The notes: generated from the sequence alone by a model not told the origin. A stretch of 64,000 nt of DNA from Methyloligellaceae bacterium (GCA_050633205.1 JBOEGA010000050.1:8202-72201), one strand, 5' to 3'; positions 19,572-32,136 are shown, numbered from the stretch's first letter. Made by a program: numbers and translations.

Positions 19572-19778
19572 TTTGTAAAAGGTTAGAGTGCTCGCCTACT
19601 GAGCCCCAGAGCATTTGGCGTTTAACCGGGTTCACTTTACCGAGGAAGTTTTATCTCAGAAACAAGTTTTAAGGTGCCGAAAATACCGGAGTATTTTCAA
19701 ACTTTTAAAAGTAGATAATGACGTAAAAATTTCGGGTAAATAAATCTGATTAAGCACGACGAGCTCTAGGCTCAGAAC

Positions 19779-20573
19779 CTATTCATCCCTAAATACAGCT
19801 GTGGCTGCAAGACCAGCAAAAACAGCGATAAGAACAGCTAGAATTCCGTAAAGCAGAGGGAAATCATAGGCCAGCCCGGTTACCATCTGCTCAAGACCCT
19901 GCTTCTGGATACGAAGAGGTCGTGAGGAAATTGAGACCAGTTGCCCATCATGGAACAGATAAACATCTGTATGGAAATTTCCGACAGGGACATTTGACGG
20001 CAACTTAATGTCAGCTCTGAACAGGCTGCGCCCGATTAATGTTACCCCATTGGGAACTTCATTATACAAGCCGTCTTTCTGCATGAGACGTACAATTGCA
20101 GCACTATATGGATCCGGCTCTCCGCCTTCGAGCTTTCCATGACTCTGTGCCAGATTGAGGGTTACAGAGTGAAAGCCAATGCCCATTAATACCCGGTCTT
20201 TCTGTTGTATGACCTGAGTAAGAGGCCTGTTACTAACTATTGAATAAAAACCGGGCACCTGCCTGTAACTTTTAGAGTTTGTATTGACCCATACACCAGC
20301 AACACGCTCCTTTTTGCGAACATGCACTATTCTATCGGGGCCCTTTACTACGATAACAACATCCAGTTTACCCTGAGCGGCGGCCTGTTTTTCTATCGCA
20401 CCAAACAACAGGATGCTTGTCCCGGTAAAATTCCAGTCGATGGGGATCTCCCTTTTAGAAAGATCTGTTGTCAGACTCTGGGCCCTGGCTGGTTGTACAT
20501 TGAGAGCATCAACCAAAAGGCAAGCAACAAAAGCCAGAATGCAAAGCATTATATTATTAAATCGGGCAAGCAT
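19779..20573 (-). CDS. TIGR02186 (Alph_Pro_TM)-like membrane protein
   Basis: Signal peptide plus a single C-terminal TM (LLYGILAVLIAVFAGLAATAVF). Sits directly downstream (2-nt gap) of a TauE/SafE gene, the usual alphaproteobacterial pairing. The start was set to the internal ATG at 20573. Confidence 0.55.
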   Translation of the reverse strand: MLARFNNIMLCILAFVACLLVDALNVQPARAQSLTTDLSKREIPIDWNFTGTSILLFGAIEKQAAAQGKLDVVIVVKGPDRIVHVRKKERVAGVWVNTNSKSYRQVPGFYSIVSNRPLTQVIQQKDRVLMGIGFHSVTLNLAQSHGKLEGGEPDPYSAAIVRLMQKDGLYNEVPNGVTLIGRSLFRADIKLPSNVPVGNFHTDVYLFHDGQLVSISSRPLRIQKQGLEQMVTGLAYDFPLLYGILAVLIAVFAGLAATAVFRDE

Positions 20574-20575
20574 TG

Positions 20576-21517
20576 CTATCCTCCTCCTGCCCGGTAACTT
20601 ATTGTAAACAGCTCTGCTGGTTTGGCGATAAGCTCGTAGCCCATACGCATGCAAACGATTAAAACCAGCAGAGCCAGTATTGCACGCAACTGCTCTCCCT
20701 TCAGCTTCAACCCTGCACGCACCCCAAACTGAGCGCCAATCACTCCCCCAACCATTAATAAAAATGAAAGCACAATATCAATGGTATGGTTTTGAGTTGC
20801 ATGTAAAACGGTTACAAATGCCGTTACAAAAACAATCTGAAACAAGGATGTACCGACAACCACACTTGTTGGAACGCGCAGCAGGTATATCATAGCCGGA
20901 ACCATGATAAAGCCTCCCCCCACGCCCATTACAGCAGTCAGCAGGCCAATAAACAAACCGATTACAAATGGCGGAATTACACTTATATACAGTTTGGAGC
21001 GATGGAAACGCATTTTCAGGGGAAGACCATGCATCCAGCTGTGTCTTCCAGAAATGTTATGGGGAACAGGATTACCATTTCTGGATCTGGCAATTACATT
21101 CAGGCTCTCAACCAGCATAATTGTACCGACGGTGCCCAGAAATATTACATAGCTCAGTCCTATAATCAGGTCTACCTGACCAGACTGCTTCAACAGTTTT
21201 ACTAAGCCCACTCCCAAAAAGGACCCCAGAAGTCCACCGATGAGAAGTATCGTTCCCATACGGATATCGACATTTCCTCTTTTCCACTGAGCATATGCCC
21301 CTGATACAGAAGTGGCTACAATCTGATTGGCACCATTTGCTACTGCAACCATTGGAGGAATGCCGGAAAAAATCAGAAGTGGTGTCAGCAAAAATCCTCC
21401 ACCAACGCCAAACATTCCAGAGAGGAACCCGACAGCACCTCCCATCCCGAGAATAGTGATTATCTGAACTGAAATTTCAACAATTGGCAGATAGACCTGC
21501 ATAACGGCTTCCAACAC
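20576..21517 (-). CDS. TauE/SafE-family anion exporter
   Basis: 313 aa, polytopic, with duplicated GVGGGFLLTP / GVGGGFIMVP motifs. Confidence 0.8.
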   Translation of the reverse strand: MLEAVMQVYLPIVEISVQIITILGMGGAVGFLSGMFGVGGGFLLTPLLIFSGIPPMVAVANGANQIVATSVSGAYAQWKRGNVDIRMGTILLIGGLLGSFLGVGLVKLLKQSGQVDLIIGLSYVIFLGTVGTIMLVESLNVIARSRNGNPVPHNISGRHSWMHGLPLKMRFHRSKLYISVIPPFVIGLFIGLLTAVMGVGGGFIMVPAMIYLLRVPTSVVVGTSLFQIVFVTAFVTVLHATQNHTIDIVLSFLLMVGGVIGAQFGVRAGLKLKGEQLRAILALLVLIVCMRMGYELIAKPAELFTISYRAGGG

Positions 21518-22043
21518 AAATAAAAATTCGGAACATTGATTTAGACCTGCCCTGAATCAGGCACGGCCTACAGACCATATAGTGCATATAAGTCAGCTAG
21601 CTGATACTCACAATTTCGTAAAAAAGAGCCCCCAGGGCAGAAGTACTCTACTGCCAATATCGGCTTAATAATCCAAGTACTCTATTTTGTAACGATACCT
21701 GACCTATATAAGTCTCCGACTCTTTATCTAAATCCCGATTCTATAAGATTTTTTTAATTTGGCGGAGAACTAATTTTGATCATCATATACCACAAAAATC
21801 AGTCAAACCAAACGGTATGCAGATATTTACTGCTGACAAATGGTATATGTCCCCATTCTTTAGTTTAATTCACCGCACCATGCCTGACAGCGAACCAGAA
21901 TGAGAGCCTGTACATATTGAGAAGAGCAGGAAAATCAGTAAATAGGATTAATACTTTTGTTCATCAGACGTGACAAAGGCAGACTTGTCCTGACAGCAAT
22001 CAAAACTGAACATTTGCTCTGATGATGTAATCAGGCCTGAGAT

Positions 22044-25000
22044 CTAACTTGCCTGACCGTTTAGAATTGAGATTAGTCTATCAGTGACCGTGCCGGTTGC
22101 TTCCATACCATTCAGCAATTGAAACGACTTAACAGCCTCACGGGTTTTGGGGCCAATCTGCCCATCGACAGGCCCAACATCGTACCCAAGTTTATTTAAC
22201 ATCCGCTGTGCATTATATACTTTGGAATTTCCAAAAGGAGGCATTATGCTTCCTGTATAAACCAAAACTTCTTCTTCTGTGAGATTTGCTGATTTGTTCG
22301 GCGTTTGTCTGGACCATCTTGCAATTTCAGCCTCAGCGGTGAATATCTCGTCCTTAGTCATGTTGTTCTTTAAGTCAGTAAGTTGTTCAGCCGCATTTTT
22401 TACTCCTCTGGCAAGGGCTAAAGTAAACCATTTATATGCCTGAGGTTTGTCTATCTGAACGCCGATACTGTTTTTATATAATATTCCCAAATTATACTGG
22501 CTTCCGGAATGGCCATAATTTGCAGCCTGCTTAAACCACAAAATCGCTTCGTTATAATTTGGTTTGGACACTGTCGGCTGCGCGTATAGCACAGCCAGGT
22601 TATGCATTGCTTCTACGTTACCCCTGTTTGCAGCACGGAGGTACCAGGTTCTGGCTTTTGCAATATCTTTCTGTACACCGAGCCCCCGCTCAAAGAGTAT
22701 GCCCAGATTAAATTGAGCCGGAGCGAAACTCTGAGAAGCGGAACGGGTGAGCCAACGGCGGGCTGCCGCGTAGTTCTGCTTAACTCTATCGCCTCGCAAG
22801 TACCTCATTGCGACGGAGAACTGTGCCTTGAAGTTTCCACTCGCAGCAGCTGTTCTCAAAGACATTGATCCAATCTGTTCTGGTGGCAGGGTTACCTGAT
22901 GCACACCATTTATCAGCTTTGGAGACAGCTGCTTTATATATTGTGGCCGATCTGTTTTGACAGGAACAGCAGCAGATACGGTCTTTCTATCTGCTCCTTC
23001 AATAACAGGAAGATTACCCAGATTGTATTTGTTAACAGTTGGACTGCCTGCTGACTGACCTACCCTGTATAGCTGCATTCTTTTTGAGCCATCTGTTATG
23101 ACTGTTAACCCGGCAACCGTTTCTTCTTTTACGCTTTCTGTTTTTTCATTTACCTGCTGCGGTTTGTCTGCCTCGATTACCGCTACTCTCTTTGTCAGTA
23201 CCTCCTGATTACCTGTTTTTGACAGGTCCTGCTCTTTTACTGGTCTGTCAGAAGGGCTTATTACAGGAATAACTTTTTGTATTTCGTACCTGTCTGCAGG
23301 TATCCGGTCACCGGAAGAAATGGTCTCTGTCTGGTTACGGTTCCTGATTGGTATGCGGAAGCTGTCACGCCCTGTGGCCCCTGTTGAATACTGACTGCGT
23401 CCGGAGGTGTTCTGTCCCTGTTGCAGGCTTCCATTACGGGGTTGTATATTCCGCTGCTGTCTTACAGCTGATGGTACAACTCTGGATCCCAGGACTTTAT
23501 TGCCATCTCTGGCAAACTGTGCCGGTTTACTGACGCCTGGAGAAGAGAGTTCCTTAAATAAAATTCCTATGCAAATCAGCATCAGACTTATAGCGCCAAT
23601 CACGAAGACTGATGTGGAGGATGGTGGTCTGAAAGAGAAAATCCGCTTTTTCAGATCTGCTCCCTTACCTACCATTCGGCCAGTCTGTTCACGAATTCTG
23701 TCAAGAACTCCTTCATTCTCGATTTCTATTCCGGGGTGCCCTGGTGGCTCAGCCTGATTTCTTTCAAAAGCGGCCTGAGACGCACGTCTGGCTGCGGCGA
23801 CATAATCCTGGTTATGGGGAGTGTCAGCTCCAATTGAAGGGGCGAAGTGAGGTTGCTCTGATGATGCTTCAAAAAGAGGCTCCTGCGCCATCAATGGAGG
23901 TGGCAAGAATTCCTTCTGATGACTTAAATCATTCGGGTCGGAGGGAGCAGAGGTTACCTGATCGTCAGAACGATCTTCTATTACCTCATTAACAGAAAGC
24001 TCTAACTCATCGTGAAAGCTATCACTTTCCTCTTCTTCTTCAGGAAGCTTTTCCTCTATTTCAAAATCGGTGTTTTTTTTTAGATCCGGAGCTGAGAATG
24101 CTTTTTCAAGCCTTATCTGTTCTTCAATATTGCTGAGACGACCAGACATTGACTGCAAGGTCTCATTTACAGCATTAATGTTATTTGAATCTTCTCCTGA
24201 ATGTCGACGGCGCTCTGCACTAATAGCGGAAATTGAGCGCTGAATTTCATTAAGGCGTTCATCACTAATGCCTGTTTCGAAACTCTTACCAACTTTAGAA
24301 GCTATTATATCAGCGATCTGAACACTCTTCTCCTCCAGAATTCTGGAAGCGACATCAGCAAAGGAGTTGCTCATATCATTCTGTAGAAAGAGTTCAGGTT
24401 TGTTTCTTTCGACGAGATCTATAAGTTTGACGAGCTGACTTTCCATAGCCTCGACACGGGCAGCATTTGCTTCTGCCTTGCGTACGTAATCGGTCAGTGC
24501 GTCAATGCGCTGCTCAATACTGCTGAAGGAATCCTTCTGATCATTTGAGGATAACCAGCTCTCAAATTTATGCGCAAGCTCATCGAACCTGGTTGAAATT
24601 TCCTCGCGTTCCTGGATGTCACGGTTATTATGCGCGAGTGTATCTTCCAGCCTGGAAGCTATCAGCGCAAACCTTGCCTCCAGATTTTCTTCAGATGGCT
24701 GTGACTTCGCTTCTTTCTGCAAGGGAGCAGCATATTCTTTTGCGGGAACTTCCCCTGCCTTCGCCGGTCTCGGTTTCTGAGCCTGTGGGGACTGTTTAAC
24801 AGGTTCCTGTATAGCGGGTGCAGCTTCTGCGGGGGCACTTTCATCTTCCTGGTCATTTTTTATAACAGGTGAGAAATGCTCTGCCAGAGATGCCAGTCGC
24901 TGAGGTTCAAGATGGCTGTTATTATCATATCCAGAAGCCTGAATTTTATGCTCTATGCCATAGTCTGCAAGCCGCTGTCGTTCTTCAGCTGACTTCCCAG

Positions 25001-25682
25001 CTACTTCCTGATGTGGGGTATCTAGAAATGCCTGATGTGCTTCCAGCTCTGAAGGATCAAAGTCTCCATCCTGCTCCAACTGATCTGTAACGGCAAATGT
25101 TATATCAGCATCTTCGACAAGAGGTTCCCGGGCTGCTGGTGGTGCCTGCACTGTGGTTTCAGCACGCGGAGCCTGTTGCTCCTGTGTTTTCCCGGAGGCA
25201 TCCTGCTGTAATTGTTCCGTCCTGACCGGATCTGTATTTTTCCCAGTTTCTTCCTGGATGTCCGCTTTGGGTGTATTCTGTTCTTTTAATTTTTCTGCTG
25301 AGGAAACTGTGTCTGCAAGTGCCTCGATACGGCCTTCAAGGTTGTCGGCATTAATTGCCCGCCCGTGAGATATAATCTCAATACGGTCTGATAACCCGGC
25401 GATCTGTGTTTCTATTTTCTCAAGCGCTTCAGCGTCAACATCTTCCTTGCCTGATTTGGCTTCGCTGGTTTGTTCACTTAGGGAGGTTAATCGAGCCTGC
25501 ATCTCCTGCAAAGTATCTGTGTTTGAGCGTTCAGCATCATCGATCTGATCGACGATCTGACGCAGCACAGAACCCAGCTTATGTGGCTCTCTGGCAGCTT
25601 CAACTTCGCAGACAGTACTCATGTCACTCTTCTCTTCTTCCTGGGAAGAGCTTTTATTATTTTTTAACTCCTTCTTCGCCAT
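22044..25682 (-). CDS. PodJ-like polar localisation factor
   Basis: Long E/Q-rich N-terminal coiled coil, then one TM (VFVIGAISLMLICIGILF). Periplasmic Sel1/TPR repeats follow (..AQFNLGILFERGLGVQKD.., ..AMHNLAVLY.., ..SQYNLGILYKNSIGV..). The C-terminal PG_binding_1 motif is AQRMLNKLGYDVGPVDGQIGPKTREAVKSFQ. The ATG at 25682 has a GGAGAA SD. Confidence 0.65.
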   Translation of the reverse strand: MAKKELKNNKSSSQEEEKSDMSTVCEVEAAREPHKLGSVLRQIVDQIDDAERSNTDTLQEMQARLTSLSEQTSEAKSGKEDVDAEALEKIETQIAGLSDRIEIISHGRAINADNLEGRIEALADTVSSAEKLKEQNTPKADIQEETGKNTDPVRTEQLQQDASGKTQEQQAPRAETTVQAPPAAREPLVEDADITFAVTDQLEQDGDFDPSELEAHQAFLDTPHQEVAGKSAEERQRLADYGIEHKIQASGYDNNSHLEPQRLASLAEHFSPVIKNDQEDESAPAEAAPAIQEPVKQSPQAQKPRPAKAGEVPAKEYAAPLQKEAKSQPSEENLEARFALIASRLEDTLAHNNRDIQEREEISTRFDELAHKFESWLSSNDQKDSFSSIEQRIDALTDYVRKAEANAARVEAMESQLVKLIDLVERNKPELFLQNDMSNSFADVASRILEEKSVQIADIIASKVGKSFETGISDERLNEIQRSISAISAERRRHSGEDSNNINAVNETLQSMSGRLSNIEEQIRLEKAFSAPDLKKNTDFEIEEKLPEEEEESDSFHDELELSVNEVIEDRSDDQVTSAPSDPNDLSHQKEFLPPPLMAQEPLFEASSEQPHFAPSIGADTPHNQDYVAAARRASQAAFERNQAEPPGHPGIEIENEGVLDRIREQTGRMVGKGADLKKRIFSFRPPSSTSVFVIGAISLMLICIGILFKELSSPGVSKPAQFARDGNKVLGSRVVPSAVRQQRNIQPRNGSLQQGQNTSGRSQYSTGATGRDSFRIPIRNRNQTETISSGDRIPADRYEIQKVIPVISPSDRPVKEQDLSKTGNQEVLTKRVAVIEADKPQQVNEKTESVKEETVAGLTVITDGSKRMQLYRVGQSAGSPTVNKYNLGNLPVIEGADRKTVSAAVPVKTDRPQYIKQLSPKLINGVHQVTLPPEQIGSMSLRTAAASGNFKAQFSVAMRYLRGDRVKQNYAAARRWLTRSASQSFAPAQFNLGILFERGLGVQKDIAKARTWYLRAANRGNVEAMHNLAVLYAQPTVSKPNYNEAILWFKQAANYGHSGSQYNLGILYKNSIGVQIDKPQAYKWFTLALARGVKNAAEQLTDLKNNMTKDEIFTAEAEIARWSRQTPNKSANLTEEEVLVYTGSIMPPFGNSKVYNAQRMLNKLGYDVGPVDGQIGPKTREAVKSFQLLNGMEATGTVTDRLISILNGQAS

Positions 25683-25873
25683 AAATTCTCCACCCCAAAA
25701 AGTCGCATTCACTGCTTGTGCTTGTACGCGCCAATCAAAGGATAAAGCAGGAGCTATCTAAAAAGCCCGACCCGAACATCTGACAAAATCGATTAACACG
25801 TACCTTGACCCTGTACATGTTTTTCGCACCAGACATAAAAACCTTCAGCTTTATATGAAATGCAAACAAGCAG

Positions 25874-25888
25874 TTAATTTTAAGTTAA
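25874..25888. promoter_or_regulatory. CtrA-box-like motif TTAA-N7-TTAA upstream of the PodJ-like gene
   Basis: TTAATTTTAAGTTAA read directly, about 190 bp upstream of the start codon. The surrounding DNA is AT-rich, so a chance match is plausible. Confidence 0.3.
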
Positions 25889-26251
25889 TATATAATAAAA
25901 CAAGTAGCTTAAATAGGGGGTTAGTCCCCTTTTATATGGATAAACTTACTCAAGGGACTATTTCAGTCGCAACTTGACAAGGGAAACGCAAAATCGAATC
26001 GGATTTTCTTTCATGTAGTTTATTATCCATAACAGCCAATCCTTTAATAATTATAGATAAAGATATTTCTGCAAAATCCAGCTTCCATATTTACTTTTTG
26101 TGCTATCTTTTTTTGCGCTCCATGCGAAAATTTGTTGATATTAACATCTGTTAAATCTCTATATGAGCGGATCTCAATTCAAAAATTTCAATCCTGAATG
26201 AAAACTGATTTTTTGGAAAGATTCGCGCCAGTTCGGAAAGACCGAATTGCA

Positions 26252-26299
26252 ATATCCGGCAGAAAAAATAAAAAACCGGCTTGAGTTTAATGCGGTTAA
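26252..26299 (-). terminator. Rho-independent terminator of the DUF900 lipoprotein gene
   Basis: Perfect 15-bp stem CCGGCTTGAGTTTAA/TTAAACTCAAGCCGG, loop TGCGG, followed on the minus strand by a T-rich run. Confidence 0.8.
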
Positions 26300-26366
26300 A
26301 CTCAAGCCGGCTGTGGGCCTTGTCTACTGTGAACAGATAAGGCTAAGAGAATTCTGTGTTCAGGTT

Positions 26367-28094
26367 TTAATGTTCCATGGTTCTGGTAACATCATCCGGG
26401 ACTGTGGTTCCATTGATGATTATAGTTTTGTTTTTGCGAAACGCCCAATACTGCCCGCCAGAAGCCAGGACCGGTTGAAGCCCTGGACGGTCTTTCGGAC
26501 GGCGGCCATATCTGATCAGTGCGAGCATATCAGTGATTATTGTGGGCACCTCAGCAAAATAAGCATGTCCGAACAGACTGGTATCAATGCCTGTGGCATC
26601 AATAGTATCGACGCCCTTTACGACAACCAGATTATTCCCGGCATCTCCGGCACGAGGCTCACCGTGAATAGCCCTCGACCACTGCAATGCCCGGTCATCT
26701 GCTGAGGCATAGAGTGTAACATTGCGGGCAGCTTTCACCAGTTTGGGGGCAATATCTCTTTTAAAGACTTCAGCATCAATATCAGGGGCCGCAAGCAGAA
26801 CCTCTTTGAAACGCTTCCGCACTGAAGGCATTTCAGTGACAAGCTCCGCTACAGCCCCTGTAAGCGCTCTGGCTCCCATACTGTGTGCTATCAAATAGAT
26901 GTTTTTTGCGTCTGACCGTTTTACAAAATCTTTCAGGAAGCGTTTCAGGTTAGACTGTGTCCAGCGAACATTGGCTTCATCACGCGTATAGTCCTTGTAA
27001 CCACCACGGGATGGCCAACTATAGAAAATGGGAGCTCCGTCGAAACGGAGGTCATAAGCGATCTGAGCAGTACGCTTTGCGGCTTCATGGAATTCAATAT
27101 TGTAACCATGAATAAAAATGAATGCGTTTTTACCATGAGACAGTTTTACATTATTTCTGACATCCTGGAAAAAGCGGGTTTTGCTTCTGCGATTAACATT
27201 CTTCAGCACTACATGTTTTTTTGAACTTGAGCTGAATTCCAGACGCCAGATCGATGGCGCTTCAATCTCTCCCATTTTGTGATTACGGGGAATACTGATT
27301 TCGCAAGTACCATAACTGATTGAAGACCGTTTTATGCCATAAACTTTCCTGGGAGAAGACTGCCCAGACAGATTCCTGTCCGTTGCATAATGCACTTTCA
27401 CCACAGCGAATGCCTTTTCCCCCTCACCAAGAATATCTGCATTTAGTGCGGTTCGTTTTGCAGGCTGTTTTATGTCTTTATCAGCCCTGTCAATATGCAT
27501 AGCAAGTAATTGTTTTTTATCTTCTTTTTTTACTTCAGCAAGTTCGGGAGACTGTTGCTTTTCAGTGTTTTTTTCTATATTTATGTTGTTCTCAGTACGG
27601 GTATTCGTTTCAGGTTTTCTTTCCTTCTGAGCAGATTCAAGCGTGATTTTTCTGGTTTCACTACTATTTGCAGGAGTATCTTTACTCTCGCTTTCGGAAG
27701 CTTGCTCTGCCTCCTTGATCTGCATATTTTTTTCTTTATCTTTTTCCTGTATTTGCTCAGGTTTAACTGTATCAGAAGGCTCTTTATCAGAAGATTTCTG
27801 AGTGTTAAGCACGTTATCCAGTTTTCTGGTGTGCGGCACCTGTTTGACTACAGTTTTTTTCTGCAGTCTTGCTATACGTATTCTCTTCTTTTTTATTTTT
27901 GCAGGACGATAGGAAACAGACCTGTTTTTGCGTCGGTAAGAAGCACTTTTGTATGCTGCCTTATTCTGTAGGTGGGTATCCTTCAGGGAGCCTCCTCTTC
28001 CGCTAAAGTGACCACGCCCATGATCATCAAAAGCACACCCGGCCAACGCCGGAATGAGAAGACAAAATAATATAAAGACAAATTTCCTGCACAT
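26367..28094 (-). CDS. Lipoprotein with a K/E-rich disordered linker and a C-terminal alpha/beta-hydrolase (DUF900-like) domain
   Basis: Lipobox LIPALAGC. Nucleophile elbow is AHSMGA. The pattern ..FIHGYN.. with DxxA downstream is typical of DUF900 esterases. Confidence 0.65.
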   Translation of the reverse strand: MCRKFVFILFCLLIPALAGCAFDDHGRGHFSGRGGSLKDTHLQNKAAYKSASYRRKNRSVSYRPAKIKKKRIRIARLQKKTVVKQVPHTRKLDNVLNTQKSSDKEPSDTVKPEQIQEKDKEKNMQIKEAEQASESESKDTPANSSETRKITLESAQKERKPETNTRTENNINIEKNTEKQQSPELAEVKKEDKKQLLAMHIDRADKDIKQPAKRTALNADILGEGEKAFAVVKVHYATDRNLSGQSSPRKVYGIKRSSISYGTCEISIPRNHKMGEIEAPSIWRLEFSSSSKKHVVLKNVNRRSKTRFFQDVRNNVKLSHGKNAFIFIHGYNIEFHEAAKRTAQIAYDLRFDGAPIFYSWPSRGGYKDYTRDEANVRWTQSNLKRFLKDFVKRSDAKNIYLIAHSMGARALTGAVAELVTEMPSVRKRFKEVLLAAPDIDAEVFKRDIAPKLVKAARNVTLYASADDRALQWSRAIHGEPRAGDAGNNLVVVKGVDTIDATGIDTSLFGHAYFAEVPTIITDMLALIRYGRRPKDRPGLQPVLASGGQYWAFRKNKTIIINGTTVPDDVTRTMEH

Positions 28095-28311
28095 AGTCGC
28101 TGCCCAATATTTTGCGGATCAGCTCCCGGAATACGCGGAACAATATCGATGTAAAATGAAAAAACATCGAATCGGAAACAGTACCAACCGCTACTGCCAT
28201 TTATGACAGAACGAATTAATCACGAAGATGTACTTTTGCCTGATTCGGGGAATGGTTTAAGAGAGGTTAACAAGATATCCAAAGTTTAACCTTGATAATA
28301 CACAGAAGAAT

Positions 28312-28368
28312 AAAGAATATGCCAAACTGTTACTTAATTATGACAAAGTTTTATTTGGCATATTCTTT
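28312..28368 (-). terminator. Long hairpin immediately downstream of gyrB
   Basis: Perfect 15-bp inverted repeat AAAGAATATGCCAAA/TTTGGCATATTCTTT with a 27-nt loop. It starts 14 nt after the gyrB stop. Confidence 0.55.
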
Positions 28369-28381
28369 TATATTTTAGAAA

Positions 28382-30883
<2,502 letters not shown>

Positions 30884-30915
30884 TTATATAGGATTCTACA
30901 CAAAATTTAGTCTCT

Positions 30916-32124
30916 TTAGGGACCGACTTTGCCGTTGTCCACGGTAAAGAACTGTGCATTTTCCCCAAAACTGGCAAACATCTCACTATCAGTGCCTGTC
31001 ATCCAGGCCTGAACGCCTAAATCCAGTATTTCTGCGAATAGCCCCGCCCTTCGTTCTTCATCAAAATGGGCAGCTATTTCATCGAGCAGAACAATTGGTG
31101 CGGCACCGCTGTTAATTTGTTTTACCAGTTCTGTATGGGCTAGAACCAGACCTACAAGCAAGGCTTTCTGCTCACCTGTTGAACAATACCGGGCTGGCAT
31201 TGCTTTGGGTCCGTGGTTTACCAGTAGATCACTTCTGTGAGGTCCTGTCAAAGTGCGTTTAGCCGCACGATCTCTCATTCTTCCCTGTGCCAGCGCCCGG
31301 ATATACAGATCTTCCGCTTCAACTGCCGGATAATCTGCCAACCAGGTCTCAAGATCGCCCTCCAGGCTTAGCTCAGCCCAGGGAAATGTATTATTTTTGC
31401 TCTCTTTACGCGTATAAATTGTGCCAGCCAACTGAGCTATGGCCTCGCAACGGGTCGCTGCAATAGACACACCGATTTCAGCCATCTGAACTTCAAGGCC
31501 TTCAAACAGTACAGGCTGGATATTGTCAGCTTCCAGAAGTTTGTTACGCTGGCGCATTGCCCGCTCGAACTGGTTAATCCGTTTTTGATAGCCGGGATCA
31601 AAGCAGGAGATCAGTTTATCGAGGAAACGACGGCGTTCTGACGCCGGACCAGTGAACAGGCCATCCATTGCCGGGGTCAGCCAGCTTATATGGAGATAGT
31701 CAGATAGTGCATTTGTGCTGGAAGGTTCGCCATCCACACGAACGATGCGGCTTGCTCTTTCGCCCATCTGAGATTTAGGACTAAGGCCTGTGCCTATTGT
31801 GAAATCACCATGAGCTGTATGAATTTTTGCTGATATTGCCCAGGGTGTTGAGCTGTTCATCTTTGCCAGATCTGCATAGGCTGCACGCCTCAGACCTGTT
31901 CCTGATGAATAAAGGGATACAGCTTCCATGAGATTGGTTTTGCCGGAACCGTTTGATCCGGTCAGAACAATCGGGCGCTGGTCCGGCTCAATAGTAAGGC
32001 TTGAGTAGTTCCGGTAGGATGTGAGAGACAGTCGGGATATCCAGCAGCGATCAGCCTGTAAATCCATAGAAGCTGATGCTGTTTCGCTGTTATTATTATT
32101 GATATCCAGAGACTCCAAACTCAT
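30916..32124 (-). CDS. recF: DNA replication and repair protein RecF
   Basis: Walker A GSNGSGKTN, signature region and LLDEIAAHFD. The start may be the internal Met at 32067. Confidence 0.9.
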   Translation of the reverse strand: MSLESLDINNNNSETASASMDLQADRCWISRLSLTSYRNYSSLTIEPDQRPIVLTGSNGSGKTNLMEAVSLYSSGTGLRRAAYADLAKMNSSTPWAISAKIHTAHGDFTIGTGLSPKSQMGERASRIVRVDGEPSSTNALSDYLHISWLTPAMDGLFTGPASERRRFLDKLISCFDPGYQKRINQFERAMRQRNKLLEADNIQPVLFEGLEVQMAEIGVSIAATRCEAIAQLAGTIYTRKESKNNTFPWAELSLEGDLETWLADYPAVEAEDLYIRALAQGRMRDRAAKRTLTGPHRSDLLVNHGPKAMPARYCSTGEQKALLVGLVLAHTELVKQINSGAAPIVLLDEIAAHFDEERRAGLFAEILDLGVQAWMTGTDSEMFASFGENAQFFTVDNGKVGP

Positions 32125-32136
32125 CTATGGGACCTG

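Noticed and set aside
26247-26705. 152-aa plus-strand ORF overlapping the 3' end of the DUF900 gene
   Set aside because: It starts inside the strong minus-strand terminator hairpin and overlaps a hydrolase domain with clear motifs. It has no RBS.
27510-27971. 153-aa plus-strand ORF rich in Phe/Leu
   Set aside because: It is the complement of the Lys/Glu-rich linker of the DUF900 lipoprotein, so it is a low-complexity artefact.
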